From assembly GCA_030698225.1 (NCBI GenBank), contig JAUYNR010000115.1, positions 5,058 through 69,057 of the forward strand: a stretch of DNA of 64,000 nucleotides. The letters run 5' to 3'. The notes under the pieces were generated by a model. The model searched no databases and had not been told where the DNA came from. It saw nothing but the letters and a program-made list of their open reading frames with translations. The DNA comes from Oxalobacteraceae bacterium (GTDB lineage Bacteria; Pseudomonadota; Gammaproteobacteria; Burkholderiales; Burkholderiaceae_D). A program made the translations under genes and the position numbers. Of this stretch, positions 18,728 through 28,252 are shown piece by piece; the stretch's first letter is position 1, and each line of letters begins with the position of its first letter.

Positions 18728-20509
18728 ATGCAAACTTACGACTATCAAAACCTGATCGACAGTCCAGCCTACCGGCAGGCCAGTCGGCGCGTGCTGCGCC
18801 AATTGCTCGAAGCATTGCTGTTCGAAGATGCGCTGGCGAATTGCGAGTGGCAGGGTGAAATCCTGACCTTGTCCGGCCGCAGTGCCGACAATGCGCCGGT
18901 CAGCTACGAATGCCAGGCACGACACACCTTCAGCTTCGGTCGCGTACGCATCACCACGCCGCTGCTGCGCAAGGCCAATGGCGCCACCGAAGACGCGGCC
19001 GATCCCGCGCTGTTCCTGGCGGAAATCGCGCCATGGCTGGCCGCCGACGAAACCCGGCTCAGCCAGTTTGCCGCCGAACTGTTGGCGACCCAGATCAAGG
19101 ATGCGCAAACCCTGCATGCGCGTGCCGACCAGGTATTGCGGGGCGCCGATTACGATACGGTGGAAGCCCGGCTGACCGATGGGCACCCGTACCACCCGAG
19201 CTACAAATCGCGCCTCGGCTTCACGCTGGACCACAACCGCGCCTATGCACCGGAGATGGCATTGGCGGTGGCGCCGCTGCTGCTGGCAGTGCGCCGCGAC
19301 CGCAGCCGCTGGACGCTCAGCGCCACGATCAACCAGGATCATGGCGCGCGCGCACTGCTTTGCGATGCCGACTGGCAGCGTTTTCGCGACGTGCTGAATC
19401 GGCGCGGCTTGTGCCCCGACGATTACCTGCCGTTGCCGGTTCATCCGTGGCAGTGGGAACAGGTGATCCTGCCTGGCTTGCATCCAGCGCTGGCACGCGG
19501 CGAATTGCTGTCGATCGGGCCGCTGACGGAGCGGTACCTGCCGCAGCAATCGATCCGCACTCTGGGCAACCTGGACGACCGGCGCGGCCTCTCGCTCAAG
19601 CTGGCGATGAACCTCGTCAATACCTCCACCTCGCGCGTGCTGGCGCCGCACACAGTGCAAAATGCAGCTGTCATCAGCGACTGGCTGCTGGCGCTGGTGG
19701 AGCGGTCCGAGTGGCCGGCGCCAATGGCGCGGCCGGTGCTGCTGCGCGAAGTGGCCGGCGTGAGTTTCACCGCGCTGGCCCCGGCGCACGGCCAGTACGG
19801 GGCCCTGGCATGCATCTGGCGCGAAAGCGTGCACCAGCACTTGCAGCAGGGCGAAGCCGCAGTTCCGATGACTGCCTTGCTGCATGTGGATGCCGATGGA
19901 CGGCCGTTTGTCGACCAGTGGGTAAAGCGCTACGGCCCCGAACCATGGCTGAAACGCCTCATCGAGCGGGCCTGGCTGCCGGTGCTGCATCTGTTGTGGG
20001 AACACGGCACGGCGCTCGAATCGCATGCGCAAAACATGATCCTGCTGCACGAAGACGGATTGCCGGCGCGCGTGGCGCTGAAGGACTTCCACGACGGCGT
20101 GCGTTTTTCCAAGGACCTGTTGTCCGGCCCCGCACCGGCGCTCACTGCACCGCCGCCCGAGCACAGATGCGTCAATCCGAACTCGTTCCTGGAAACGGAC
20201 GACGCTGACGAGCTGCGCGATTTCACGTTCGATGCGCTGTTCTTCGTCAGCCTGGCGGAACTGGCCTGGCTGTTCCAGCGCTTCTACCGCATGGAGGAGA
20301 AGCGATTCTGGCAAATCACCAGCGCGGTGCTGTGCGCACATCAAGAACGCCATCCGGAGCAGGCGGCGCGTTTTGCATTGTTCGATTGCTTTACCGACAA
20401 GGTCGCGATCGAACTGCTGGCCAGCCGCCGCTTTCAGCAGGAAATTCGTTTGCGCACGCGGCTCGCACCCAATCCATTGGCGCAAGAGAGGAAGCCGCCA
20501 TGCGCTTGA
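18728..20509 (+). CDS. sbnF: NIS siderophore synthetase, IucC family (SbnF position)
   Basis: 593 aa. HPWQW and ESHAQN blocks. Order and length match SbnF. Confidence 0.8.
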   Translation: MQTYDYQNLIDSPAYRQASRRVLRQLLEALLFEDALANCEWQGEILTLSGRSADNAPVSYECQARHTFSFGRVRITTPLLRKANGATEDAADPALFLAEIAPWLAADETRLSQFAAELLATQIKDAQTLHARADQVLRGADYDTVEARLTDGHPYHPSYKSRLGFTLDHNRAYAPEMALAVAPLLLAVRRDRSRWTLSATINQDHGARALLCDADWQRFRDVLNRRGLCPDDYLPLPVHPWQWEQVILPGLHPALARGELLSIGPLTERYLPQQSIRTLGNLDDRRGLSLKLAMNLVNTSTSRVLAPHTVQNAAVISDWLLALVERSEWPAPMARPVLLREVAGVSFTALAPAHGQYGALACIWRESVHQHLQQGEAAVPMTALLHVDADGRPFVDQWVKRYGPEPWLKRLIERAWLPVLHLLWEHGTALESHAQNMILLHEDGLPARVALKDFHDGVRFSKDLLSGPAPALTAPPPEHRCVNPNSFLETDDADELRDFTFDALFFVSLAELAWLFQRFYRMEEKRFWQITSAVLCAHQERHPEQAARFALFDCFTDKVAIELLASRRFQQEIRLRTRLAPNPLAQERKPPCA

Positions 20510-21261
20510 AAGCCCGTTTGCATTCGAACGAGACGGTATACGGACTGTTTTGCTCGACTCCGGCAGCCCTCTGCGTCGAACTGATCGCAGCGGCCGGCTA
20601 CGACTTCGTGGTGATCGATCTGGAACACACGCTGATTGGCGCAGAACAGCTGGCCGGCATGTTGTCGGCGGCTCGTGCGGCCGGCATAGCCGCACTGGTC
20701 CGAGTGGCCGCGCCGCATCAAGCGCTTCAGGCGCTGGACGCCGGTGCGGAAGGGATCGTGTTCCCGCGCATTCGCTCAGCACACGCTGCCCGGAATGCGG
20801 TGCGGCTTTGCCATTTTGCCCCACGCGGCGAGCGCAGTTTAAACGCCACCTGGCGCAGCGGCTACGGGCGTGACGACCTGGTGTCTGCGATGCAGGCTGC
20901 GCGCGAGCATACGCTGGTAGTGGCAATGATCGAAGACCTCGAAGGAGTCGGGCAAGCCGATGCGATCGCAGCGGTGGACGGGGTGGACGTGCTGCTGGAG
21001 GGTGCCGCCGACCTGTCGCAATCGCTCGGCTTAGCTTGGCAAACCCGCCACCCGGATGTCTGCGCGGCGCTGTCGCGCATCCGCGCGGCGGCCCTACAGC
21101 ACGGCAAAACATTTTGCGCATTGCCGCGCGCGCCCGAGGATTTCCAGGTCTGGCACGGGGACGGCGTCCGCATGTTCGTCCTGGGCGACGATCGCGGCAT
21201 CGCCCGCCGCGCGATGGCGGCCCATCTGGCCCAACATCAAGTGAAGGAAATCGATCGATGA
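20500..21261 (+). CDS. sbnG: HpcH/HpaI aldolase-family enzyme (SbnG-type citrate synthase)
   Basis: 253 aa from ATG 20500 (GAGAGGAAG upstream; 10-nt overlap with sbnF). The YDFVVIDLEH motif is typical of HpcH/HpaI aldolases. Confidence 0.8.
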   Translation: MRLKARLHSNETVYGLFCSTPAALCVELIAAAGYDFVVIDLEHTLIGAEQLAGMLSAARAAGIAALVRVAAPHQALQALDAGAEGIVFPRIRSAHAARNAVRLCHFAPRGERSLNATWRSGYGRDDLVSAMQAAREHTLVVAMIEDLEGVGQADAIAAVDGVDVLLEGAADLSQSLGLAWQTRHPDVCAALSRIRAAALQHGKTFCALPRAPEDFQVWHGDGVRMFVLGDDRGIARRAMAAHLAQHQVKEIDR

Positions 21262-22436
21262 ACCTGCAACATTTACACAATTATCTGGAGGGCCGCACGG
21301 AACCGGTGTGCGCCTACCTGTACGATCTGGCGCATTTGCGCCGGCGTGCCGACACGCTGCGCCGTTGCCTGCCTGCGCAGTGCAAGCTGTTCTATGCGAT
21401 CAAGGCCAACAGCGACGCGCCTATCTTGCAGGCACTGTTGCACCGCAGCGATGGCTTTGAAGTGGCGTCGTTGGGTGAAATCGAAGCGGTGCGCGCCATC
21501 GACGGCGCGGTGCCGATCGTGTTCGGCGGTCCCGGCAAGACCGATGCCGAGCTGGAAGGCGCACTTACGCAGCGGGTCATGCTGATCCATGTCGAGAGCG
21601 AGCACCAGTTGCGGCGTCTCGATTGGATCGCGCGCCGCCGCAATCAGGTGGCGGATATCCTGCTGCGCGTCAATCCGGCCCATGTGCCGGCGCAAGCGAC
21701 GCTGCGCATGGGCGGGCAGGCCAGCCAGTTCGGCATCGAAGAGGCGCAGATACCGGCGCTGATCGAGTTGGCGCTAAGCCTGCCGGGCGTACGTTTGAAG
21801 GGTCTGCATATCCATGCGATCTCGAATAATCTGGATGCGCAGACCCACCTTGCCTTGCTTGCGCACTACTTTGATTTGGCCGAAGCCTGGCAGCGCCGCT
21901 ATCGACTGGCGTTTGATTGGCTCAACGTTGGCGGCGGCATTGGCGTGAACTACGCGGACCCCCAGGCGCCATTCGATTGGGAAGGTTTCTGCACCGGACT
22001 GTCGGCGCTGATCGCTGCGCGCCGGCCAGGCTTCCAGATCGTCTTCGAATGCGGGCGCTTTCTCACTGCCGACTGCGGTTATTACCTGGCCGAAGTCACC
22101 GACGTCAAGCGTACCCACGGCAAGCACTTCGCGATACTGCGCGGCGGCTCGCACCATTTTCGGCTGCCGGCATCGTGGCAGCACAACCATCCATTCGTGG
22201 TGCTGGCGCGCGAAGCCTGGCCCTACCCGTTTTTGCGCCCGGCCGTGCACGATGGCCCGGTCACCTTGTGCGGCGAACTATGCACGCCGAAAGACACGCT
22301 GGCACACGACGTCCGGGTCGAGCGCCTGCGCGCCGGCGATTGTGTGGCCTTTTTGCTGGCCGGTGCCTACGGCTGGCACATCTCACATCACGATTTTTTG
22401 AGTCATCCGCATCCGCAACGGGTGTATCTGGACTAG
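21258..22436 (+). CDS. sbnH: PLP-dependent decarboxylase, fold type III (SbnH position)
   Basis: 392 aa. ATGA overlap with sbnG. PLP-lysine context YAIKAN. Orn/DAP/Arg decarboxylase-like. Confidence 0.8.
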   Translation: MNLQHLHNYLEGRTEPVCAYLYDLAHLRRRADTLRRCLPAQCKLFYAIKANSDAPILQALLHRSDGFEVASLGEIEAVRAIDGAVPIVFGGPGKTDAELEGALTQRVMLIHVESEHQLRRLDWIARRRNQVADILLRVNPAHVPAQATLRMGGQASQFGIEEAQIPALIELALSLPGVRLKGLHIHAISNNLDAQTHLALLAHYFDLAEAWQRRYRLAFDWLNVGGGIGVNYADPQAPFDWEGFCTGLSALIAARRPGFQIVFECGRFLTADCGYYLAEVTDVKRTHGKHFAILRGGSHHFRLPASWQHNHPFVVLAREAWPYPFLRPAVHDGPVTLCGELCTPKDTLAHDVRVERLRAGDCVAFLLAGAYGWHISHHDFLSHPHPQRVYLD

Positions 22437-22449
22437 GAAGGATTCGACC

Positions 22450-22899
22450 ATGCTGTGTTCGCTGCCGATCCACTTCGTTCGCGCCGACTTGATTCTGCCG
22501 AACGAATGCCATCATCCGCAACACGCGGCAAGCTTGGCCGCGACGATCCGGCGTGAACAACTCTGGCGCATCCCGGTTGCGCTCGAACGCATCAGTCTGG
22601 CGGTGATGGACGGCCATCATCGGCTTGAGGCAGCGCTGCAGCTCAGGCTGATGTATGTCCCGTGCCTGCTGCTCGACTATGACCAGGTTGCGGTAAGCGC
22701 GTCGCGGCAGGGCTATCTGGTCACGCCGCACGAGATTGTGCGGCGCGCTAAAGCAAGAGAACTGTATCCAGCCAAAACGACCCGGCACCTGTTTCCATCG
22801 CCGCTGCCAACCTGCAACGTTTCGGTATTGTTGCTGCAAGGCGAGGTCGCATCGCCTTTCTTGCGCGGTCAATTCGAGTTGCCGCACGCAGCGGGCTAA
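22450..22899 (+). CDS. sbnI: ParB/Srx-fold protein, short SbnI-like
   Basis: 149 aa. The MDGHHRL motif is characteristic of the ParB/sulfiredoxin fold. Occupies the last position of the cluster, as sbnI does. Confidence 0.6.
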   Translation: MLCSLPIHFVRADLILPNECHHPQHAASLAATIRREQLWRIPVALERISLAVMDGHHRLEAALQLRLMYVPCLLLDYDQVAVSASRQGYLVTPHEIVRRAKARELYPAKTTRHLFPSPLPTCNVSVLLLQGEVASPFLRGQFELPHAAG

Positions 22900-23002
22900 G
22901 ACTCGGCCGGCAGATGGGGGCGCGGACCGGAAAGACAGGCCGAGCGCTCGTTCTCGATGGGTTTTCCGGGCGGCATTGATTATTTGCAACGTATAGAACA
23001 TT

Positions 23003-23035
23003 TTGCAAATACAAATGAGTATAATTCGCATTTGA
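23003..23035 (+). promoter_or_regulatory. Candidate (weak) Fur box upstream of the receptor gene
   Basis: AT-rich ttgcaaatacaaatgagtataattcgcatttg reads as NATWAT-like hexamers, but the best 19-mer matches the consensus at only about 11/19. A TATAAT lies at 23020-23025. Confidence 0.3.
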
Positions 23036-23057
23036 TTTAAATAGCTGAGAGGTTTTT

Positions 23058-25166
23058 ATGCAATTTCGTTTATCCATGTTGGCCAGCGCGCTGTCGCTTG
23101 CTTTTTCAGTTCCCCAGGCAAATGCCCAGACTGCCGGACAGTCTGAGACGGCCCAGGAATTGGCTCCGATAACAGTGACAGCGGAGCGTACCGGAAGCTT
23201 CAAATCCAACAGCGTGCAGGTCGGTACCTTCCGCGACATGGCGCCGCTCGACGTGCCGCAGACCAGCAACGTGATCACGCGCGAAGTGCTCGACGCGCAA
23301 GCGGCGACCACTCTGTTCGGCGCGCTGCGCAACACGGCCGGCGTCACGCGTTCGCAACTGAACGGTTCGACCTACGACAACATCTCGATCCGCGGCATCC
23401 TGGTCGAGAACCGCTACAACTATCGGTTGAACGGCTCGCTGCCGGTGATCAACCTGGTCGATATTCCACTCGAAAACAAGGAGCGCGTCGAAGTGCTGAA
23501 AGGTGCGTCGTCGCTGTATTACGGCTTCGTGCCGCCGTCCGGCATCGTCAATCTGGTGACCAAGCGTGCGGGCAAGGACCCGGTGACGAACTTCGCGGCA
23601 TCGGCGAACCAGTATGGTTCGGCCAATGTGCATGTCGACCTCGGGCGGCGTTTTGGCGAGCAGCAGCAGGTCGGCGTGCGCGTGAATGCCGGTGGCGGGC
23701 GCGAGGATATCGGCGTCGATCACTATGAGGGCAACCGCGCCTTCGCGACGGCGGCATTCGACCTGAAGGCGACCCGGGATCTGTCGTTCAAGCTCGACCT
23801 GGAGCATTATCGCAAGAACGTGTCCGAACAGGCGTTGATCGACATTCCAGCGGCAGTCGGCGGTGTGATCACGCTACCCGCTGTGCCGGATGCGAAGCAG
23901 AACCTTGGCGCCGCGTGGCAGAAATACGATGCGAATGCCACCAACCTGCTGTTCCGCACCGACTACTTGCTGAGCGACAACTGGAGCGTGCTGTTCGAAG
24001 CCGGCAAGGCGCGCACCGAGCGCGACCGCAACCTTGCGCGTTTCCGCAATTTCAACTTGACGACAGGCGAGGGCACGCTGAACACCAGTTTTTCGCGCGG
24101 TCAGTGGTGGGAGAATGAAAACTACCGCGCCGAGCTGTTCGGCCGCCTGCCGGGCGAACTCGTTACGCATGAATTGTCGTTCGGCTATACCGCCAACGAG
24201 CGCCCGCAGGATGCCCGCAGGGCGTTGACCGCCAGCGGCGCGTCCGACAATCAGAGCCAGAACCTGTACAACCCGCGCCCGATCGCCAAGCGTTCGCCCA
24301 CCACGGCGTTCGGCCCGAGCCCGTTGACGATCAAGGATCGTGGCTGGTATGTGTCCGACCGTGTGCTGATCGGCGAAAAATGGCAAGCGATGGTCGGCGT
24401 ACGCGGCAGCCGTTATGAGAACGTCACGCCGACCACGCGCTACGAAGCGGATGAAATCAGCCCGTCGGCATCGTTGATGTTCAAACCGGTGGCCGGCGTA
24501 TCGGTGTACGGCAGCTATTTGGAAGCGCTGGAGGAATCCGGCACGGCGCCGGCAGGAAGGGAAAACGAGGGCACGGTACTGCCGCCCGCGCTGTCGAAGC
24601 AGAAGGAAATCGGCGTGAAAGCCGAGGTCGCGCAGGGCGTACTGCTGCAGGCCGCCTATTTCGACATCAAGCGTCCGTCGGCAACGACCACCAACAACGT
24701 GTTCGTGATGAACGGTCTTTCGCACTACAAGGGTATCGAACTGACGGCCAGCGGCGAAGTGACCAAGCAACTGGCGCTGGTTGCCTCGACGGTGTTCATG
24801 AACGCAAAACTGCTTAACGCAGCCAACACTGCCACCTTCGGCAAGGTGCCGGAAAACACGCCGGAGCGCACCGCCAGCCTGTTCGCCGAATACCGTCTGC
24901 AAGACGTGCCGGGCCTGGCGCTCAGCGGCGGCCTGTACTACGTCGGCAAGCGCGCGGTCAACGATTCCAACCAAGCCTTCATCGACAGCTACACGACACT
25001 GTCCCTGGGTGCGCGTTACACCACCCTGGTCGCCGGCAAGCGCAGCACGTTCCAGGCAGTGATCGACAACGCTACCGACAAGAACTACTGGGCGACTGCC
25101 GGCAACGGCCTGCTTGGTGTCGGCGCGCCGCGCACCCTGAAAGTCACGGCCAAGATGGAGTTCTGA
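23058..25166 (+). CDS. TonB-dependent siderophore receptor
   Basis: 702 aa. Signal peptide ending ANAQ. TonB-box-like APITVTAER. Plug and barrel blocks. Terminal aromatic residue (..KMEF). Confidence 0.85.
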   Translation: MQFRLSMLASALSLAFSVPQANAQTAGQSETAQELAPITVTAERTGSFKSNSVQVGTFRDMAPLDVPQTSNVITREVLDAQAATTLFGALRNTAGVTRSQLNGSTYDNISIRGILVENRYNYRLNGSLPVINLVDIPLENKERVEVLKGASSLYYGFVPPSGIVNLVTKRAGKDPVTNFAASANQYGSANVHVDLGRRFGEQQQVGVRVNAGGGREDIGVDHYEGNRAFATAAFDLKATRDLSFKLDLEHYRKNVSEQALIDIPAAVGGVITLPAVPDAKQNLGAAWQKYDANATNLLFRTDYLLSDNWSVLFEAGKARTERDRNLARFRNFNLTTGEGTLNTSFSRGQWWENENYRAELFGRLPGELVTHELSFGYTANERPQDARRALTASGASDNQSQNLYNPRPIAKRSPTTAFGPSPLTIKDRGWYVSDRVLIGEKWQAMVGVRGSRYENVTPTTRYEADEISPSASLMFKPVAGVSVYGSYLEALEESGTAPAGRENEGTVLPPALSKQKEIGVKAEVAQGVLLQAAYFDIKRPSATTTNNVFVMNGLSHYKGIELTASGEVTKQLALVASTVFMNAKLLNAANTATFGKVPENTPERTASLFAEYRLQDVPGLALSGGLYYVGKRAVNDSNQAFIDSYTTLSLGARYTTLVAGKRSTFQAVIDNATDKNYWATAGNGLLGVGAPRTLKVTAKMEF

Positions 25167-25180
25167 TTCTCAATCAACGG

Positions 25181-25203
25181 GTGGCCAGTGCAGTGCTGGC
25201 CGC
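25181..25203 (+). terminator. Hairpin after the receptor gene
   Basis: 8-bp stem gtggccag/ctggccgc (one G-U pair) with a 7-nt loop, 15 nt after the stop. The T-tract is weak. Confidence 0.4.
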
Positions 25204-25230
25204 CGTCTGTTCGATTTCTCTGGAAAGCGG

Positions 25231-25785
25231 TCAGCCCTGCCACTGCCGTATCCTGCCCACGTCCACGTGGACAAAATCAGAGGCGGGGTAATAGCCGACG
25301 CCGCCGCCTTGCAGCATCAGCGCCGCGCGGCGTATCCGGTCGAGTTCCCGCCCGGGAACACGGATATCGGTTGCCATGCCGTCCAGATGCATGCTGTGCC
25401 TGGCCACACCGCCGCTGCGGGCTGCAAGCATCGCATTGGTGGCGGGTGAGCGGTAGCCGGAAATAATATGGAAAGGCTGTGTCGCATCAATCGCATTGTT
25501 GATGCGGTACAGAAAATCAAGCAGCGCCGGAGACATGTTCCTGACTGCGTTGGTGCGGTGATCACGCAGTACGCGGTTGATCTCGGCCAGCGCTTGCGGG
25601 ATGTAGCCGCCTTCTGCCCAGTAGACGGTCCGGATGCTTTCGCCGGTATGGGTGTTATAAAAAGCCAACGACCGCTCCGGCGCCATAAGGTCGCGCAGTG
25701 CGGCGCGCGCCGGCAGTGCGGGCAGTGCCGCTGCGGCAGCCAGCATTCCACATTTCAAAAAATGACGGCGGTTTGTGTCTTTCAT
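25231..25785 (-). CDS. DUF882/YcbK(MepK)-like peptidase M15 family protein with Tat signal
   Basis: 184 aa. Twin-arginine leader NRRHFLK. SGYRSPATN and HSMHLDGMATD metal-binding blocks. Confidence 0.8.
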   Translation of the reverse strand: MKDTNRRHFLKCGMLAAAAALPALPARAALRDLMAPERSLAFYNTHTGESIRTVYWAEGGYIPQALAEINRVLRDHRTNAVRNMSPALLDFLYRINNAIDATQPFHIISGYRSPATNAMLAARSGGVARHSMHLDGMATDIRVPGRELDRIRRAALMLQGGGVGYYPASDFVHVDVGRIRQWQG

Positions 25786-26699
25786 TGCTTATCTCCAGCT
25801 GCAACCGGGTCTGGCAAGCCCACTTCACGGGCCAGCCCTTCCTTCAGTCGAATCGTGTCTTCTACCGTATGCCAGTCGATCATGTCACCGATCCGCTGGG
25901 TCCGGGCTGCGTTTGTCACCAGGGCGACCGGATCGAGCCCTTTCTTATAGATGTCCCGGTGCACCTCAAGAAAAATGCGGCCATCGTCAAGCTGCGCCAG
26001 CAGCACAGGGGCATAAATGATCTTGCCGGGCTGGCCTTTGCTTACCTGCGGGAACAGCGCCGCGATGTCATCCGGGTGCAGGCGGATGCAGCCGTGGCTC
26101 TGGAAATGGTAGATGCTGGACGGGGCGATGGTGCCGTGGATGCCAAATCCCGCCAGGCTCAGGCCGATCCAGTGCTTGCCGAGCGGATTGTCCGGCCCCG
26201 GCGGCACCTCGGTTGTGACCACCTTGCCTTCCCGTTCCATCTCTTCCTGGATCGACTTGGGCACATACCAGGTCTTGTTTTCCTGCAGATTGGCCACCGT
26301 GAAGCGTCTTGCCGGTGTCGGCCAGCTTGGGCGTCCCAGCCCGACCGGGTAATGGGCCGCCGGAGAGCCTGCCTGAAAATAATACAGCATGCGCTGCGGC
26401 AGGTTGATCAGTATGCCCTGCGCCAACTGTTCCGGGACGATGTGGCGATTGTCGATCTGCAACAACTGGCCGGGGTGCAGCATCGCGCTGTATTTTATCC
26501 GATTCATCCGTGCCAGCACCGGCGGCTCGATGCCAAAGCGGGCGCCGATGCGGCTCAGCGAATCGCCGGTTTGAACCGTATATTCAAACTGCTGGCCCAC
26601 CAGCGCGGCAGGAAACTGCGCGCTATCCTGGGCCCTGACGACAGGACCCCAGACCACCAGCAGCAGCCATGCCAACCCCAATAGGATCCGGCAATGCAT
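25782..26699 (-). CDS. L,D-transpeptidase (YkuD domain) with LysM domain
   Basis: 305 aa. LysM-like YTVQTGDSLSRIGARFG. YkuD catalytic block GIHGT...SHGCIRL. ATGA overlap with the downstream DUF882 gene. Confidence 0.85.
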   Translation of the reverse strand: MHCRILLGLAWLLLVVWGPVVRAQDSAQFPAALVGQQFEYTVQTGDSLSRIGARFGIEPPVLARMNRIKYSAMLHPGQLLQIDNRHIVPEQLAQGILINLPQRMLYYFQAGSPAAHYPVGLGRPSWPTPARRFTVANLQENKTWYVPKSIQEEMEREGKVVTTEVPPGPDNPLGKHWIGLSLAGFGIHGTIAPSSIYHFQSHGCIRLHPDDIAALFPQVSKGQPGKIIYAPVLLAQLDDGRIFLEVHRDIYKKGLDPVALVTNAARTQRIGDMIDWHTVEDTIRLKEGLAREVGLPDPVAAGDKQ

Positions 26700-26817
26700 A
26701 TTTCTTCCTTATCGTATTACCACCCGGCGTTGCGTTGCCTGGGCAGTGTGCGGATCAGCGCAGGCGCGTACAGACGTCGCATCCTGCGTCAGGCCGCGAT
26801 GCGTGCAGCGACGCGCG

Positions 26818-27087
26818 TTACAACACCACTTTGACCATCGGATGCGACGAAAGTGCGCGGTACAGGTCGTCGAGCTGGCTGCGGCTGGTGGCGCGCACGG
26901 TGACGGTCAGGCCGAGGTAGCTGCCTTTGGAGGACGGCCGCATTTCCAGTTTGCCGGCGTCGAAGCCGGGGTCGTGCTGGAGCACCAGTTCGACCATGAT
27001 CTGGGCGAAGTCGTCGTGCATCGCGCCCATGATCTTGATCGGGAAATCGCAGGGGTATTCAATCAGCGTGTCGGGTGTAGTTGCCAT
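26818..27087 (-). CDS. ybeD: YbeD-family (UPF0250) protein
   Basis: 89 aa. The IEYPCDFPIKIMG block is typical of YbeD. Confidence 0.8.
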   Translation of the reverse strand: MATTPDTLIEYPCDFPIKIMGAMHDDFAQIMVELVLQHDPGFDAGKLEMRPSSKGSYLGLTVTVRATSRSQLDDLYRALSSHPMVKVVL

Positions 27088-27157
27088 GGCTTTGGTCTGA
27101 TAATGCCGGACAGCGAAGTCCGGTGTGGAACGCTTATTTTAGACCAAAATCCGAAAA

Positions 27158-27186
27158 GGCAAGTCCGGCAAGTCCGGCAAGTCCGG
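27158..27186. repeat. 9-bp tandem repeat (ggcaagtcc x3)
   Basis: Three exact units plus a partial unit, immediately after the dat stop codon. Confidence 0.8.
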
Positions 27187-28032
27187 TCAGGCCGTCTTCG
27201 CCGCCTGGTAAGCGGCGTACAGCCTTTGGTAAACCGGGCCCGGCGCGCCGGCGCCGATCGGCTGGCCGTCGAGCGAGGCTACCGCCAGCACTTCCTTGGT
27301 GGCCGACGACAGCAGCACTTCGTCGGCGCCGAAGACTTCGGCGCGCGCGATGTTGCGCGCTTCGAATGGGATGTCGTTGGCCGCGCAGAGTTCCTCGATC
27401 AGCGCGTAACGGATGCCTTCCAGGATCAGGTTGTTCTTCGGCGGGCCCATCAGCTTGCCGTCGCTGACGATCCAGACATTCGAGGCCGACGCTTCGGTCA
27501 GGAAGCCGTCGCGGAACTGGATCGCTTCGGCGGCCTCGTGTTCCGCCGCGTATTGCGCGGCCAGCACGTTGCCCAGCAGCGAGGTCGATTTGATTTCGCA
27601 GCGCAGCCAGCGCCGGTCTTCCAGCGTCACGCAAGCCACGCCACTCTCGCGCAGCGCGGCGCCCGGCAGCACGATCGGATTGCTCATGATGAAGACGGTC
27701 GGCGTCACGTCGGCCGGGAATGCATGGGCGCGCTTGGCCACGCCGCGGGTGACTTGCAGATATACCATCTGGTCGTCGGCCGGGTGCGCATCCATGATGG
27801 TCTGGATCAGCGCATGCCACTGCGCCTTGCCGTGCGGATTGGTGATGCCGATAGCATCCAGGCTGCGAAACAGGCGCGCCAGATGCTGTTCGGCGCGAAA
27901 CATCCGGCGGCCGTAGACCGGAATCACTTCGTAAATGCCGTCGCCGAAGATGAAGCCGCGGTCCAGTACCGGAATTTTGGCTTCGGACAGCGGCGTCAGC
28001 AGGCCGTTCAGATACACCAGCGGGTCGTCCAT
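27187..28032 (-). CDS. dat: D-amino-acid aminotransferase (class IV PLP aminotransferase)
   Basis: 281 aa from ATG 28032. Blocks VLDRGFIFGDGIYEV and CEIKSTSLLGNVLA. Lies between the PBP5/6 gene and ybeD, a common arrangement in betaproteobacteria. Confidence 0.8.
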   Translation of the reverse strand: MDDPLVYLNGLLTPLSEAKIPVLDRGFIFGDGIYEVIPVYGRRMFRAEQHLARLFRSLDAIGITNPHGKAQWHALIQTIMDAHPADDQMVYLQVTRGVAKRAHAFPADVTPTVFIMSNPIVLPGAALRESGVACVTLEDRRWLRCEIKSTSLLGNVLAAQYAAEHEAAEAIQFRDGFLTEASASNVWIVSDGKLMGPPKNNLILEGIRYALIEELCAANDIPFEARNIARAEVFGADEVLLSSATKEVLAVASLDGQPIGAGAPGPVYQRLYAAYQAAKTA

Positions 28033-28149
28033 GATGTGGTTTTCCGTCAAAGTGAAAGTAGGGATTCTGCCACGGCAGGCCTGTGCCAATGATGCAATTA
28101 ATGCATAACGACGGCCGGCTTGCCGCGGCGATGTACCGGCGCGTATTTA

Positions 28150-28216
28150 AAAACGACGGAGTATGCTATAAAACGATGCCATTGCTGCATATGTTTGTTG
28201 CGGTATTAATATTTAC
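28150..28216 (+). repeat. AT-rich interspersed repeat, copy 2 of 9
   Basis: ggagtatgctataaaacgatgccattgctgcatatgtttgttgcggtattaatatttac aligns with the family. Confidence 0.6.
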
Positions 28217-28252
28217 ATCTAGCAGTATGCCACACATAGTTGACCCGCTTTC

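Noticed and set aside
18653-21280. 875-aa ORF on the minus strand
   Set aside because: It lies antisense to sbnF/sbnG/sbnH. It is Arg/Pro/Ala-rich low-complexity, as is typical of out-of-frame reading of GC-rich coding DNA. The plus-strand genes have clear family motifs and coupled starts.
25698-26684. 328-aa plus-strand ORF
   Set aside because: It lies antisense to the LysM/YkuD L,D-transpeptidase gene.
26746-28092. 448-aa plus-strand ORF
   Set aside because: It lies antisense to dat and ybeD, both of which have clear family signatures.
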